From the IMG/VR virus record IMGVR_UViG_3300013307_000673: a DNA stretch of 64,000 nucleotides; one strand, written 5' to 3'. This DNA comes from a virus. Its lineage: Duplodnaviria > Heunggongvirae > Uroviricota > Caudoviricetes. Below, piece by piece: positions 9,475 through 19,382 of the stretch. A program made the position numbers and the translations under genes. Within the stretch, counting starts at the first letter, position 1; each line of letters opens with the position of its first letter. A model generated the notes under the pieces. That model did no database searches and was not told the DNA's origin. It worked only from the letters and a program-made list of their open reading frames with translations.

Positions 9475-10548
9475 TTAGTGCCATAGAATAAAATCATCTT
9501 TATCGTAGAGCGATTCTTTTTCAGGTATTAGTGTTCCTGTCATCTTCTGATATGCCTTCGCGCCTTGTTGTATAGTTTCATAATAATCATAGTTATTATC
9601 AAAATACGTCATGAGCATAGCAGATATAGGGAAGCCTATATGCGCATTTTCTTTTAGAGATTGATCTACAGCAACAGAAGTAAAAGCATTACCGAGCCGG
9701 AACACCTCCCTTAACTTATCCAAATCTCCATGCTTATAGTATGCCTTCAATGTTTCAATATTTAATGCAACCTCTCTATCTATTTTATCTTGTTCACTCT
9801 GATATTCTTTTGAACTTATTTCCCCAAGCTTCATTTTGATATAAGCCGATTTCCATAAATACATATTTTTGCTTATACCATGTTCGCTTAATAATCTTTC
9901 AAAGTTACCATAAATAGGAGCATACGTATTATCAGCAGCAATATTTAAATCACTATTCATTACAACGAATATAGATTTAGCACGCTTCTTTGCCTGCAAA
10001 TCGTCAGAGTAAGAAAATCCATCGCTTTTTATTTTATATTTATCTGTAATACGCTGTATTTTTTCCGCGTTAAGTGTTGAACTTAGGTTATCACCATTCA
10101 CATCATCAACAGATTCTCGATTCAAAAAAGACATCTCTTTTAAATAACCAACAGGATCAGTGTAAGTGTATTTAAGCAGTAAAAGTGTATCAAGACCATC
10201 GCCATAGTTTATTGTATTTCTAAAAGATTTATTACCCTCAATATAGGTTAACTTAAATATGTTTAAATCTCGGTTAAAATCCGCATCTGAATAAGGAACT
10301 GCTTCCATTTTAGATTTAAACGTCGAATAATTATTTATTTGAGCGTTATTATAGGTTTTATAGTCAACCATATCAGCAACATGCTTAATATTGGTCAGGT
10401 TAACCGCCACATCCCATGAGGCTATAGAAGCAATAGAAAGCGCTACGCCTAAAGCAACTCTTTTGAATAGAGATGCCTTATTGATTTTACTTTTGCTTGT
10501 TTCCCTATAGCTAACATTTTTGTCAAAGATATTTTTAGTTTTTAACAT
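9475..10548 (-). CDS. Paralog 2 of the N-anchored membrane-protein family. Start moved to an internal ATG, giving 357 aa.
   Basis: An AAGGA RBS lies 9 nt before the ATG at 10548. The tabled start at 10578 would overlap paralog 1. Conserved blocks: AVPYSDADF and YYKHGDLDKLREVFRLGNAF. Confidence 0.6.
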   Translation of the reverse strand: MLKTKNIFDKNVSYRETSKSKINKASLFKRVALGVALSIASIASWDVAVNLTNIKHVADMVDYKTYNNAQINNYSTFKSKMEAVPYSDADFNRDLNIFKLTYIEGNKSFRNTINYGDGLDTLLLLKYTYTDPVGYLKEMSFLNRESVDDVNGDNLSSTLNAEKIQRITDKYKIKSDGFSYSDDLQAKKRAKSIFVVMNSDLNIAADNTYAPIYGNFERLLSEHGISKNMYLWKSAYIKMKLGEISSKEYQSEQDKIDREVALNIETLKAYYKHGDLDKLREVFRLGNAFTSVAVDQSLKENAHIGFPISAMLMTYFDNNYDYYETIQQGAKAYQKMTGTLIPEKESLYDKDDFILWH

Positions 10549-10558
10549 TATGAATTCC

Positions 10559-11650
10559 TTATGGCCTATACCAAACATCGAATATGCCTTTTTTATATAT
10601 TTTTTCTTTTTCTGGTGTTAACGAGCCAGTATATTTAGAATACAACTCAGCAGGCTTCAAGAAATTAGTTGTGCCTAACATTTCATCCTGATATAAATAA
10701 AATGAAAAAGAATATCCTAAACGGTAATCATTTTTGATGCCATCAATATAATCAGAAACGACTACTGTCGAAAAGCCGTTACCTATTTTGAATAGCTCCC
10801 TAATCTTTTTAAAATCGCCTTTTTCATAATAAGCACGTAATGCTTCATTATTCTTATTCATCTGATTGTCATAATTTTCATATATTGCTTTTGCTTCAGG
10901 ACTTCCCGATTTACCGATTACTGCATCTAGCTTTTTGACATCTTCTTTTTTGGGAAAATAAGCTTGAGCATTAAACCCTTTCTCCGTCAACAACTGACTA
11001 AGATTATCATAAATTTTACTTTCACTATGCATATAAGTATAAGAGGAGCCTAGCGACAGGTTTGCTCTTATTGACTTGATCATTCCAGGATCACTAAAAT
11101 CTTTCTTATAAGGTTTATGCTTGTCATTAATAGCGCTAATCTTGCCGTAAAAGTCTTTTTCTCTTTCACCTGTCATTTCTTTAACATCACGCCCTTTTGT
11201 GAAGTTATAGACATCTTTATAAAACTCTCCAGGATTATCAAGATTAAAATTCATCTGCAGCATCGTATTTAGCTCCACACCACTACCTACCGGGCCATCT
11301 CTCCACATGTATTTTTTGAAAGCCGCATTATCTGTGCCTCTATAGCCATATATATATTCAAAGGTATTCAGATCTTTTTTGAACTGCGCATCCGTGTAAG
11401 GCACCGCCATCACTCTCGCCTTAAAAGAACTGTAGTTATCAAGTGAGGCATTATCCGCTATCTTGTAATCAACCATTTTATTGATATGAGCAATATTTGA
11501 GGTGGTTACAGCAACATCGTAGGTAGCAAAACCTCCAAATAAACAGAAAGCACCTATAACGATAGGCTTCCACATCTTTCTTTTTATAACAGATTTATCT
11601 GCAGCTACAGTCCTTTGACCGAACAGTGTTTTATTGCCAAACTTTAACAT
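10559..11650 (-). CDS. Paralog 1 of the N-anchored membrane-protein family, 363 aa.
   Basis: GAGGA RBS. TM helix IVIGAFCLFGGFATY. Conserved blocks: AVPYTDAQF and YYEKGDFKKIRELFKIGNGF. Preceded by a sigma70-like promoter and by terminator 11722-11752. Confidence 0.65.
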   Translation of the reverse strand: MLKFGNKTLFGQRTVAADKSVIKRKMWKPIVIGAFCLFGGFATYDVAVTTSNIAHINKMVDYKIADNASLDNYSSFKARVMAVPYTDAQFKKDLNTFEYIYGYRGTDNAAFKKYMWRDGPVGSGVELNTMLQMNFNLDNPGEFYKDVYNFTKGRDVKEMTGEREKDFYGKISAINDKHKPYKKDFSDPGMIKSIRANLSLGSSYTYMHSESKIYDNLSQLLTEKGFNAQAYFPKKEDVKKLDAVIGKSGSPEAKAIYENYDNQMNKNNEALRAYYEKGDFKKIRELFKIGNGFSTVVVSDYIDGIKNDYRLGYSFSFYLYQDEMLGTTNFLKPAELYSKYTGSLTPEKEKIYKKGIFDVWYRP

Positions 11651-11721
11651 AAAAAATCCTCATTTTATCATAGTGTAATAATACTATTTTAGCAGAGGTT
11701 ATGCCAAATTTATTATGTAAA

Positions 11722-11752
11722 CAAAAAAGGCCGCACTGCGGCCTTTATATAA
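11722..11752 (-). terminator. Intrinsic terminator (GGCCGCACTGCGGCC) separating the upstream small gene from the paralog array.
   Basis: Perfect 6-bp GC stem with a T-run on the minus strand. Confidence 0.7.
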
Positions 11753-11764
11753 TTATTTTATTGA

Positions 11765-11956
11765 TTAAGCTGCTCGGACAAATACGGATTGCTCCGGCAC
11801 TTCTTTATTGTCGATAGAATCAATTTCTCCAGACATTAGCAGGCTATTGACAAGACGCCATGCATCTCGATAGGTAGTTTTCACAACGGTATTGCCATTG
11901 TATTTTACCTGATATCCATTACCTTCAGGTGCTCTGTCTAAAACTGCTTGCTTCAT
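11765..11956 (-). CDS. Hypothetical protein, 63 aa.
   Basis: Complete ORF with RBS, followed by a terminator. Confidence 0.45.
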   Translation of the reverse strand: MKQAVLDRAPEGNGYQVKYNGNTVVKTTYRDAWRLVNSLLMSGEIDSIDNKEVPEQSVFVRAA

Positions 11957-12017
11957 GATATATCCTCGTATTGATAGTATTAGGTTATTATATCAAGCTC
12001 TGCTTCAGAGAACAACC

Positions 12018-12233
12018 TTATTCTTCACAATACTCGTCGATGGCTTCAATAACCATTTCTTCAGAGACACGCCATTCACGCTCTCCATCATGGATTTTAT
12101 CCAGAGGCTCAAACATCCAGTTCAGCACACCAAACTCCTTGAGCGTTACATGCTTGACGATATAGCCGCGATACTCAAAAGAAACCGCAACGTCTTGTTC
12201 TGGATTTTCAACAATATTGGTTTTACGGTGCAT
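12018..12233 (-). CDS. Hypothetical acidic protein, 71 aa.
   Basis: Complete ORF. The terminator 12251-12280 lies upstream of it on the minus strand. Confidence 0.45.
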   Translation of the reverse strand: MHRKTNIVENPEQDVAVSFEYRGYIVKHVTLKEFGVLNWMFEPLDKIHDGEREWRVSEEMVIEAIDEYCEE

Positions 12234-12283
12234 ATTGATTTACCTTTTAGATAGAGTAAAAGCCCATTGAAGGGCTTTGGAGA

Positions 12284-12547
12284 TTATTCAGATACAAGCT
12301 CAAACATAGGCACAACCTCAATCGGATAGTTTCCGACGTTGGAGATATAGCCTGTGCGGTCGTCAGCAGGCTGCATGAGATCAGACAGTGGCGTGAACCG
12401 ATGCATTGTACGATGATCTTCTGACTTAAAAAAACCTAAACAAAACATATATTCTTCCAGCACAAATATGCCTTCTTCAGGATATAAACCATTATGCCAT
12501 TTTACAAGCACTTTATCGCCTACTTTTAACTTAGGAATCTCAACCAT
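12284..12547 (-). CDS. Hypothetical protein, 87 aa.
   Basis: Complete ORF, followed by an AAGCCC-TTGAA-GGGCTT terminator. Confidence 0.45.
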   Translation of the reverse strand: MVEIPKLKVGDKVLVKWHNGLYPEEGIFVLEEYMFCLGFFKSEDHRTMHRFTPLSDLMQPADDRTGYISNVGNYPIEVVPMFELVSE

Positions 12548-12634
12548 GATACACCTCTTTACTGTTTGTATGACAACATAATATCAGCTATTGAGATGAT
12601 GCACAAGCGTTAAGTTAAAAGTTCTATCGTGATT

Positions 12635-13264
12635 TTAGTAAAGCTCTGCTTTCTGAATGCAGTCCTCGTAGAGTAAATGAAACTCTGTATTCTCATGGCA
12701 ATCATATCCGCTATGTTTTTTATAGTAATCTAAGAGGTCTCCATTACTCAACTCAAGACCTTCATTTAGAAGATAGGCCTCTACCAATGCTTGTTTGCCC
12801 ATTTCTTTTTTAAAAGCAACTATTAGCTCAGGTGATGCTACACAAGACAAGAAACATTCATTTAAAAAATCATTTTTTCTTCCCAATTCAGCCTTTAGCT
12901 CTTCAATCCTACCTTTATTTTTGGCTTTTATTTTAACTCTTTCCAGCAAATCATCAACAAAAAACACCCCCAAAAAGGATACCGGCACCAATAAGCAAGA
13001 TGAGGCTAAAACTGAAAAATCCAGCAATAAATGTGATAAAAATGCCAAAATTAAACCAAATGACAATCCAATAATTATAATTATTGATGCTAATACAGAA
13101 TCAAAAAACCTGTCATACAAAAAATCGGAAATGCTTTGTTCTTGCTTGTTATTTTCTAAAAAATCTATGTTTTCTAACATTTCTTTTTCTTTCTTGCTAT
13201 TGTGATCAGCCCTTTCTTTTTCTAAAATTTTCTCAAAATCAAAAATAGCTGTAGAACTATTCAT
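12635..13264 (-). CDS. Hypothetical membrane protein, 209 aa, with two TM helices.
   Basis: Hydrophobic stretches IIIIIGLSFGLILAFLSHLLL and LVPVSFLGVFFV. The antisense ORF 12795..13205 is rejected. Confidence 0.5.
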   Translation of the reverse strand: MNSSTAIFDFEKILEKERADHNSKKEKEMLENIDFLENNKQEQSISDFLYDRFFDSVLASIIIIIGLSFGLILAFLSHLLLDFSVLASSCLLVPVSFLGVFFVDDLLERVKIKAKNKGRIEELKAELGRKNDFLNECFLSCVASPELIVAFKKEMGKQALVEAYLLNEGLELSNGDLLDYYKKHSGYDCHENTEFHLLYEDCIQKAELY

Positions 13265-13363
13265 ATTTCATCCTTTTATTTAAATTTACTTCTATTTTAT
13301 TTTATCGAGCCAAAGATAATCAAATTTTAAAAATAAAAAAAGCTGCCGAAGCAGCTTCTTTGC

Positions 13364-13488
13364 TATAATGTAAGACAAGCGCCTATCCCGATTATTACGC
13401 CCATCAATACGCCAACCATCATACCAAAGGCAAACGCCTTCTCATTAGCCGTAGCGGGACGGGAACAGGCCGCTAAAATCTTAGTCAT
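13364..13488 (-). CDS. Possible small hydrophobic membrane peptide (41 aa, MTKILAACSRPATANEKAFAFGMMVGVLMGVIIGIGACLTL). Its start overlaps the upstream stop codon (ATGACTAA).
   Basis: Not in the ORF table (under 60 aa). Found by reading the minus strand: the overlap suggests translational coupling, and a terminator hairpin follows immediately at 13334-13362. Confidence 0.3.
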
Positions 13489-14254
13489 TGTCAGACTCCT
13501 CTACATCGTGATAACCTGGAATATTGGCAAGCGTATAAATATCATCCTCTTTGCTGAACTCAAACAAAGAACAATCTTCTTCTGGCTTGATGTTGTATTC
13601 CTTTACGATATAATCCATCATGGCATTCCATTTAGCACGGTCATGCGTGTAATAGGTGTAGATATCCATATAACGATCGCTACGGTTATAATGACCAATC
13701 ACCTCACCATTAAATACAACTCGTGCCGTAATATCACCCCATTTTAAATCAGAGTCTGTCTTTTGATAGATAATTTCTAAAGAAATATTCTCAGGCTTGC
13801 GATGATACATTCCAGAGCCGAGGTCATGTTTATCTAAGCGCATATAGCTAGCTACAGCATCGATAAGACCTTCAATACCTTTCTCAACATGCAACACAGG
13901 CGCATCTAAAAGCTCCTGATAAGCGCCCTTTTTATACTCCCAATCAGGCATTTCTTCAGTATTTACTTTATAGAAACTCTCAGAAAACGTATTCTTTTCT
14001 TCCTGACTGATAGTAATAGCCCTAACGCCATTTCGGAAAGGATCTTCAACCATATCCAAGAAGTTGGCTTCTTCTATCACCTTGTCGCTGAAATGATAAG
14101 CAAAGAAATAGGCTGGATCGTCTCCTTCATGACTAATAACATTAGCATAGAAAAACTTTGAGTCTTTCTTTGCTTGTGTGAAATGCTGGCGCACTTCATT
14201 GCCTTGTTTATTAATATGGTCAAAAAAGAATGCTGCAGCTTGATTCTGAGTCAT
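13481..14254 (-). CDS. Hypothetical protein, 257 aa.
   Basis: Complete ORF. The antisense ORF 13508..13747 is rejected. Confidence 0.55.
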   Translation of the reverse strand: MTQNQAAAFFFDHINKQGNEVRQHFTQAKKDSKFFYANVISHEGDDPAYFFAYHFSDKVIEEANFLDMVEDPFRNGVRAITISQEEKNTFSESFYKVNTEEMPDWEYKKGAYQELLDAPVLHVEKGIEGLIDAVASYMRLDKHDLGSGMYHRKPENISLEIIYQKTDSDLKWGDITARVVFNGEVIGHYNRSDRYMDIYTYYTHDRAKWNAMMDYIVKEYNIKPEEDCSLFEFSKEDDIYTLANIPGYHDVEESDND

Positions 14255-14347
14255 GATTTTCCTTAAAAGATTTTTAATGTCGCTATTCTATAGACTTTTG
14301 AAATGATAAGCAATAAAAAAGACCAGTCGGACTGGCCTTTTTACTTT

Positions 14348-14698
14348 TTATACCACCCTCATCGCTCGACGATAGTTAATCACGGGATCAGCAAGTGGCT
14401 TGGCAATAACCTGAGCAAGAAGCTTATCCCAATTGTCTTTGATATGCATAATACCATGACCGGGAAACTCTTCCTGTTCATCAGTCGTAGTTTTGAGAGA
14501 ATCAATCACCGAACAAGGGACAGCTACCGTATGCTTTCCGTTATTATAGTAATCCTGTTGAGACATAATCTCTTCACGGGTATATTTCCCGGCACGCTCA
14601 AGACTATGCGTATAGCCACGCGCATCAGGCCCCCACAGCAAGATAAAATCACAGGTTTTCAGAGTGTGTTTTACACTAACCACATAAAACTGTTCCAT
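14348..14698 (-). CDS. Hypothetical protein, 116 aa.
   Basis: Complete ORF followed by the GACCAGTCGGACTGGCC terminator at 14314-14347. The overlapping plus-strand ORF 14303..14701 is rejected. Confidence 0.5.
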   Translation of the reverse strand: MEQFYVVSVKHTLKTCDFILLWGPDARGYTHSLERAGKYTREEIMSQQDYYNNGKHTVAVPCSVIDSLKTTTDEQEEFPGHGIMHIKDNWDKLLAQVIAKPLADPVINYRRAMRVV

Positions 14699-14706
14699 TA
14701 AAACTC

Positions 14707-15210
14707 CTAATTAAATAATAAAGGCTCGTTAGCATCTGCTGCTCTCTGGCAGCCATGTATGAACTTTTCGGCAATGTCACCGTAGTTCTCATTATGCCAT
14801 TGTTCGATGCTGTGTACAACACCTTTTATTGTCAAATCAGGTATTTTCTTTTTAGCTATAAAAGGATAATTCGTGGCTTTTATAACAGGCAGAAGTTTTA
14901 TTAAACTATTGGCTATCAGAAAGCACATATCTGGCGATATCTCACCCTCATAATCAGAGTGAAGCAAGAAGACAAATAGGCCTATGTTTTTTTCATCCTG
15001 TCTGATATCTTCCGGGAGATAAACCTCATGATCTTCGAGTGTATCATCAACAATAAGCTGACCTTCATCATCAAAATCAAACACACCTTTACCTTTGGAT
15101 TTATAGTGAGGAGGCATAGATCCGCCTGCAGCATTTGCCACAACCTGTCTGAATCGGTGGAACTCACCGTATGTTCCTCTAAAGGCTTGATGACTACATT
15201 TTAATCCCAT
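14707..15210 (-). CDS. Hypothetical protein, 167 aa.
   Basis: Complete ORF separated by 8 nt from the downstream gene, suggesting an operon. Confidence 0.5.
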   Translation of the reverse strand: MGLKCSHQAFRGTYGEFHRFRQVVANAAGGSMPPHYKSKGKGVFDFDDEGQLIVDDTLEDHEVYLPEDIRQDEKNIGLFVFLLHSDYEGEISPDMCFLIANSLIKLLPVIKATNYPFIAKKKIPDLTIKGVVHSIEQWHNENYGDIAEKFIHGCQRAADANEPLLFN

Positions 15211-15335
15211 TATCTTATTATTCCGTCCTCTTTTCTGCTTAATATTTACACTACATGCCTCATCTTAGCAAGTAAAATTGAATCTCACTTTGGATTATTA
15301 TAACATATCAGCTCATACAAAAAAGAGGTGTTCAA

Positions 15336-16097
15336 ATGGATAAAGATAATGTTTACACCAAGTCGGGAGCTAAAAATTCATTCCGCTTCCGCCTATCAGT
15401 TTTCGCTTGGCTTGGCCCGACTTTAACCTTTTTAGGATTAATTTGTTTTGCCATAGGAAATATTTATGACAGGCCTGCTAATCGATTTATTAACACCTCA
15501 TCATCTGACTACAGAAATGAGCAGACACTTTTTAATGAAGCTAAAGATCTTTTACAGACTCCTTGCCATAAGGAATGTGAAAAGTATTTCATTGAGAAGC
15601 CTATTCTGTCCAGAGACGTTAAGCTTGTTCGCCTTACACCTCTAATGACATCTTCCAGTCGTGATGATTATATTATCGCCACACAGCAAGATGTCGAAGA
15701 AGGTAAAGTTGTGGTAGACAACTACATCGCAATCGTTTCATTTAATGATGGCAAACCTGATTTGACCTTTATGCTTCCTAAAAACAGCCTTTTCCCTGTT
15801 TTCCCTGTTTTCGCACCAACTCAAAGAGAAGAAGATTATCAGAAAATTGTAACAACTCGATATGAAAAATATAATCGCTATCTTGACGTTCAATCCAACT
15901 TAAACGTGGCAAGCACTATTGTTTTAAAACCTTCTCGTGAAGGCGTTATTGTTGGCTCTGCTGATACAATAACATCTGTGCCTATGAAAACCTTTGAAAA
16001 TCTTTTGAACACGATTAATGATGAGATATTAGAAAAGACACCTGATCTAATAAAACAGCAAGCAGATCTAAAACTCTGGCAGGACGCCAAATCATAA
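15336..16097 (+). CDS. Hypothetical membrane-anchored protein, 253 aa.
   Basis: GAGGTG RBS and TM helix WLGPTLTFLGLICFAIGNI. Followed by bidirectional terminator 16101-16133. Confidence 0.55.
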   Translation: MDKDNVYTKSGAKNSFRFRLSVFAWLGPTLTFLGLICFAIGNIYDRPANRFINTSSSDYRNEQTLFNEAKDLLQTPCHKECEKYFIEKPILSRDVKLVRLTPLMTSSSRDDYIIATQQDVEEGKVVVDNYIAIVSFNDGKPDLTFMLPKNSLFPVFPVFAPTQREEDYQKIVTTRYEKYNRYLDVQSNLNVASTIVLKPSREGVIVGSADTITSVPMKTFENLLNTINDEILEKTPDLIKQQADLKLWQDAKS

Positions 16098-16100
16098 AAT

Positions 16101-16133
16101 AAAAGGCCACCCGGAGGTGGCCTTTTTATTTTA
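16101..16133. terminator. Bidirectional intrinsic terminator (GGCCACC-CGGA-GGTGGCC).
   Basis: Perfect 7-bp stem with flanking A- and T-runs, between convergent genes. Confidence 0.75.
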
Positions 16134-16139
16134 GTTAAG

Positions 16140-16862
16140 TTAAGCATACTTCAATACAAACTCGCGAAGCGTTATTTTATCTTTAAACTGCTCAGCATGT
16201 GAAGGCGTCTGCAGAGAGTCCAGATAGTCGTTAATAATCTTATCCTTGATCTTCGCATCCAAACCAATGCTTTCTTCCATATGGTTAAGATTTTTCACCA
16301 GATCGCGATATTTATCCAGCGCAGTTGTCCATACGCGAAAATAACTGTTGAATATGTTAACCAGGCGATCTTCCTGCTGACGAGACGTTTCATACTCATC
16401 GACTTCCGGTATTTCTTGAGTTATTCTAAAATAAAGCCCATCTTTTTCATATTCAATCTTAAATGGCAAGTCTTCATTGAACATCTGCGAATGATCACCG
16501 ATCTTAATTGCTTCAAAAATGAAATCTGCCACAGAAACGCCATCGCTTTTCTCCCGGAAAGACTTTAAGCTCTCTATGTTTTTTGAGGCTGGCGAATAAG
16601 TTGTGCTCCAGGCATTAACATTCACCTCCTTAAAATAAGGCTCACCATCAAAAAGATAACTAAGCATAACACGCTGAACTTGCTGAGCCGTAACGATAAT
16701 TTCGTTTTTAACTTTACGCTTAGTCAGCCATTTTTTATCAAAAGCTTTCATGCCCTGCTCAGGATAAACCTCATTAGCAAATCTCAGTAGTCCCATTTTA
16801 TTGATAGCAGGACGTGGGCCTATCGTATTAAAAAATGATAATTCTTGTGCGCTTAAACTCAT
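16140..16862 (-). CDS. Hypothetical protein, 240 aa.
   Basis: Complete ORF. The antisense ORF 16281..16568 is rejected. Confidence 0.55.
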   Translation of the reverse strand: MSLSAQELSFFNTIGPRPAINKMGLLRFANEVYPEQGMKAFDKKWLTKRKVKNEIIVTAQQVQRVMLSYLFDGEPYFKEVNVNAWSTTYSPASKNIESLKSFREKSDGVSVADFIFEAIKIGDHSQMFNEDLPFKIEYEKDGLYFRITQEIPEVDEYETSRQQEDRLVNIFNSYFRVWTTALDKYRDLVKNLNHMEESIGLDAKIKDKIINDYLDSLQTPSHAEQFKDKITLREFVLKYA

Positions 16863-16906
16863 AAAAACCTCTTTAAAAAAGAAGGCAGGTCTTCCTGCCT
16901 TGATTG

Positions 16907-17125
16907 TCAGTTAACTTGCAGGATGGTTTTTAACTGCTTCCCAAGCTCTATATAAACCTCATTCGTCTGGTCTTCCAGCTCGACCTGAGATCTTACAGCA
17001 GCCTCAATCTCATAGAAATCCAGTTCATCCATAATATCAAACGCTTCATCCACAGTCAGCTCTTTACCTAACCGATGAGCAACCAGAATGATATCATCCG
17101 TTCCAACCTCATACATCAAATTCAT
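16907..17125 (-). CDS. Hypothetical acidic protein, 72 aa.
   Basis: Complete ORF. The terminator 16875-16900 is downstream. Confidence 0.45.
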   Translation of the reverse strand: MNLMYEVGTDDIILVAHRLGKELTVDEAFDIMDELDFYEIEAAVRSQVELEDQTNEVYIELGKQLKTILQVN

Positions 17126-17202
17126 CGCCTTCCCCTTAAGTTAGCATTCAGTATCGACTCAATGACAACATTATACGTTAAGGCTTTATGCTTCACAAGG
17201 AA

Positions 17203-18387
17203 TTATTTATGCCTTAACGCTTCATATTGCTCAACAGATACGCGTTTTTCCTCATTGGTAACAGCACGCTGATGATAAATCGATGACCCTTCATGGTTGA
17301 TGAACACATATTCACGAATATCAATAACGACATCATCATTACTGTCGCCTTTACTTAGAAAACCATGCTCATAAAACACATTCTGATTCGGACGACAGTT
17401 TTGACGCACGCTGCTTCCTCGCTCTACAGAGCCTACCACGCCCCGGCGCACCTCAAAGTAATCATAATGCTCCGCTTCTTTACCTGTTTCATCACTGATC
17501 ATCACGTCTTTACGCTTAATAACGACTGTATTCTTTAAACCACTTCTGATCAGAAGCGACAGCATATATTCAATGTTTTCAAGGGAAATAGTCCTCTCCG
17601 CTTGCCACACCCCAAGCTCGGTCACCAAAAGTCCAACGTTTTTAGGAGAATCAATCACAACTGAATCTAATGAAAATAACTTTTCCGAATACGGTTTCAT
17701 AAAGTCGAAACCTAAACGATTCTCATACATTGCAATCGCTTTTAACAGATTGGTTGGCATAGGGGTTCCGCGCTCCACCATGAAAAGCAAAGTCTCAAAA
17801 TAATCCATACTCTGCTTTTTAGCCTTCACATTACCTTCCAGGCCTTTTTTAGCACGATCCCTTACACCTTCATCAACCAATTTCAGATTCCATAAAAGGC
17901 CAATTCCAATAGACTGTGCTTCTTCACGAGCCATTTTTATAGTGTAATCGATTCCGATCCTGCGAGCATCCTCATCGCTATTGGTTTTACTCAGCATAAA
18001 AACAAGTTCTTTAGACACTTTATCTTTTAAGCTTTTGCGGTCTATTTCCGCCATAAGTGTTTTAGCCGCCCACTCTCTTACTTGAGGATAATACTCTTTC
18101 TTCTCATTATCTTGTGTATAGTAAACTTCACATTTACCCAAAACTTCAAATAAGAACTTTTCTTTACTTATCCAACCCGATTGATAGACCAAATCCAAAA
18201 TCTCAGGGTTATCCTGATGAATAGCCTCATACATAGCCTCACCCGCAAGACGCTTATGAGGGCGACCATTCGCCAGCCAATGCCTTACTTTATTGACATC
18301 GTTATTCAAGACAAACGCCTTTACTTGTGTCCTGTTAAAACAAGGCACATTGGTTTCATATCTTGGATCATAAATATTTTGCGTCAT
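17203..18387 (-). CDS. Hypothetical protein, 394 aa.
   Basis: Long ORF. No recognisable motif. Confidence 0.55.
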   Translation of the reverse strand: MTQNIYDPRYETNVPCFNRTQVKAFVLNNDVNKVRHWLANGRPHKRLAGEAMYEAIHQDNPEILDLVYQSGWISKEKFLFEVLGKCEVYYTQDNEKKEYYPQVREWAAKTLMAEIDRKSLKDKVSKELVFMLSKTNSDEDARRIGIDYTIKMAREEAQSIGIGLLWNLKLVDEGVRDRAKKGLEGNVKAKKQSMDYFETLLFMVERGTPMPTNLLKAIAMYENRLGFDFMKPYSEKLFSLDSVVIDSPKNVGLLVTELGVWQAERTISLENIEYMLSLLIRSGLKNTVVIKRKDVMISDETGKEAEHYDYFEVRRGVVGSVERGSSVRQNCRPNQNVFYEHGFLSKGDSNDDVVIDIREYVFINHEGSSIYHQRAVTNEEKRVSVEQYEALRHK

Positions 18388-18485
18388 TGGCTTACCTCTT
18401 ATTTGTTTGCGCCATTATACCTTTTCCAGCGTTTCATTTCCAGCTTTATTTAGACGTAAAAAAAGGAGATTGCTCTCCTTTTCTT

Positions 18486-18674
18486 TTATTTTTCATTGTC
18501 TTCCAAAAATCTTAATCCTTTTCGCCTCATTAAATCCAACAACACAACTCTGCCAAGAGTCCCTTTAGCAGCATAAAAACCTGCTGGAAACACAACAGTG
18601 CCTGACTCATCGACAATCGCATTGCTATACTTAGACACACTTTTATCATCAAACTTCAAAGGACGTGCTGCCAT
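18486..18674 (-). CDS. Hypothetical protein, 62 aa.
   Basis: Complete ORF with AGGTGAGAG RBS. The terminator 18457-18490 is downstream. Confidence 0.4.
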   Translation of the reverse strand: MAARPLKFDDKSVSKYSNAIVDESGTVVFPAGFYAAKGTLGRVVLLDLMRRKGLRFLEDNEK

Positions 18675-18706
18675 ACTCTCACCTCTTTATTTTATTATTT
18701 TAAAAC

Positions 18707-19279
18707 TCACCACAAAGACTTGTCATTCATTATTTTGTAAGCGAGTAGACTCTTGTATTGTTTGACACCATTATACTGATAGGAATATTTAGCAAAAATA
18801 TCAGCCATATCTTTCTTATCCTGAAGCTTATCTTCTGGAATAGCATCAAGCATTTTCTCAAAGAAACCTTTACTCATTTCACTGTTTTCAAACTGAACCA
18901 GCAATGACAAAATACTCAGCCTTCTAAATCGTAGCGCTAAAAAAGTCTGAAGCCCAAGACCACTCACTACCGTCAGAAATCCATAAAGCCATCCACTTAC
19001 ATGAAAACCTAAAACTAAAGGGAAAATCGGCATAATAATAAGATTGGCGAGAATACAGGCCAATACAAAGACAACGATGCCGCCGAAGGCGTTCTTATCA
19101 ACGTAAAGCCAGGATTTCTTCACAAGAGATAAATACTCTGTGTCTTCTTTAAGCCATCGTTCTTTCTCTTCAGCAAGCAGTTTTTCCACTCTTAAGAATA
19201 ACGTAAAGTATCGTTGCGCCTCAACGTTGCCCGCGCAATTATCAAGTAAAATCTGCCTTACCTTTTCCTGATTTACCAT
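18707..19279 (-). CDS. Hypothetical membrane protein, 190 aa, with two TM helices.
   Basis: Hydrophobic segments GGIVVFVLACILANLIIMPIFPLVLGFHVSGWLYGFLTVV. Confidence 0.5.
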   Translation of the reverse strand: MVNQEKVRQILLDNCAGNVEAQRYFTLFLRVEKLLAEEKERWLKEDTEYLSLVKKSWLYVDKNAFGGIVVFVLACILANLIIMPIFPLVLGFHVSGWLYGFLTVVSGLGLQTFLALRFRRLSILSLLVQFENSEMSKGFFEKMLDAIPEDKLQDKKDMADIFAKYSYQYNGVKQYKSLLAYKIMNDKSLW

Positions 19280-19382
19280 TAAATACCTCTATCTATCCGA
19301 TTTTCTATTCTGAGATCTGCTTCAAAATATTTTGAAGCCTGCCCATTTTATGCTACGCTATGATAACAAAAAAAGGAGTGTT

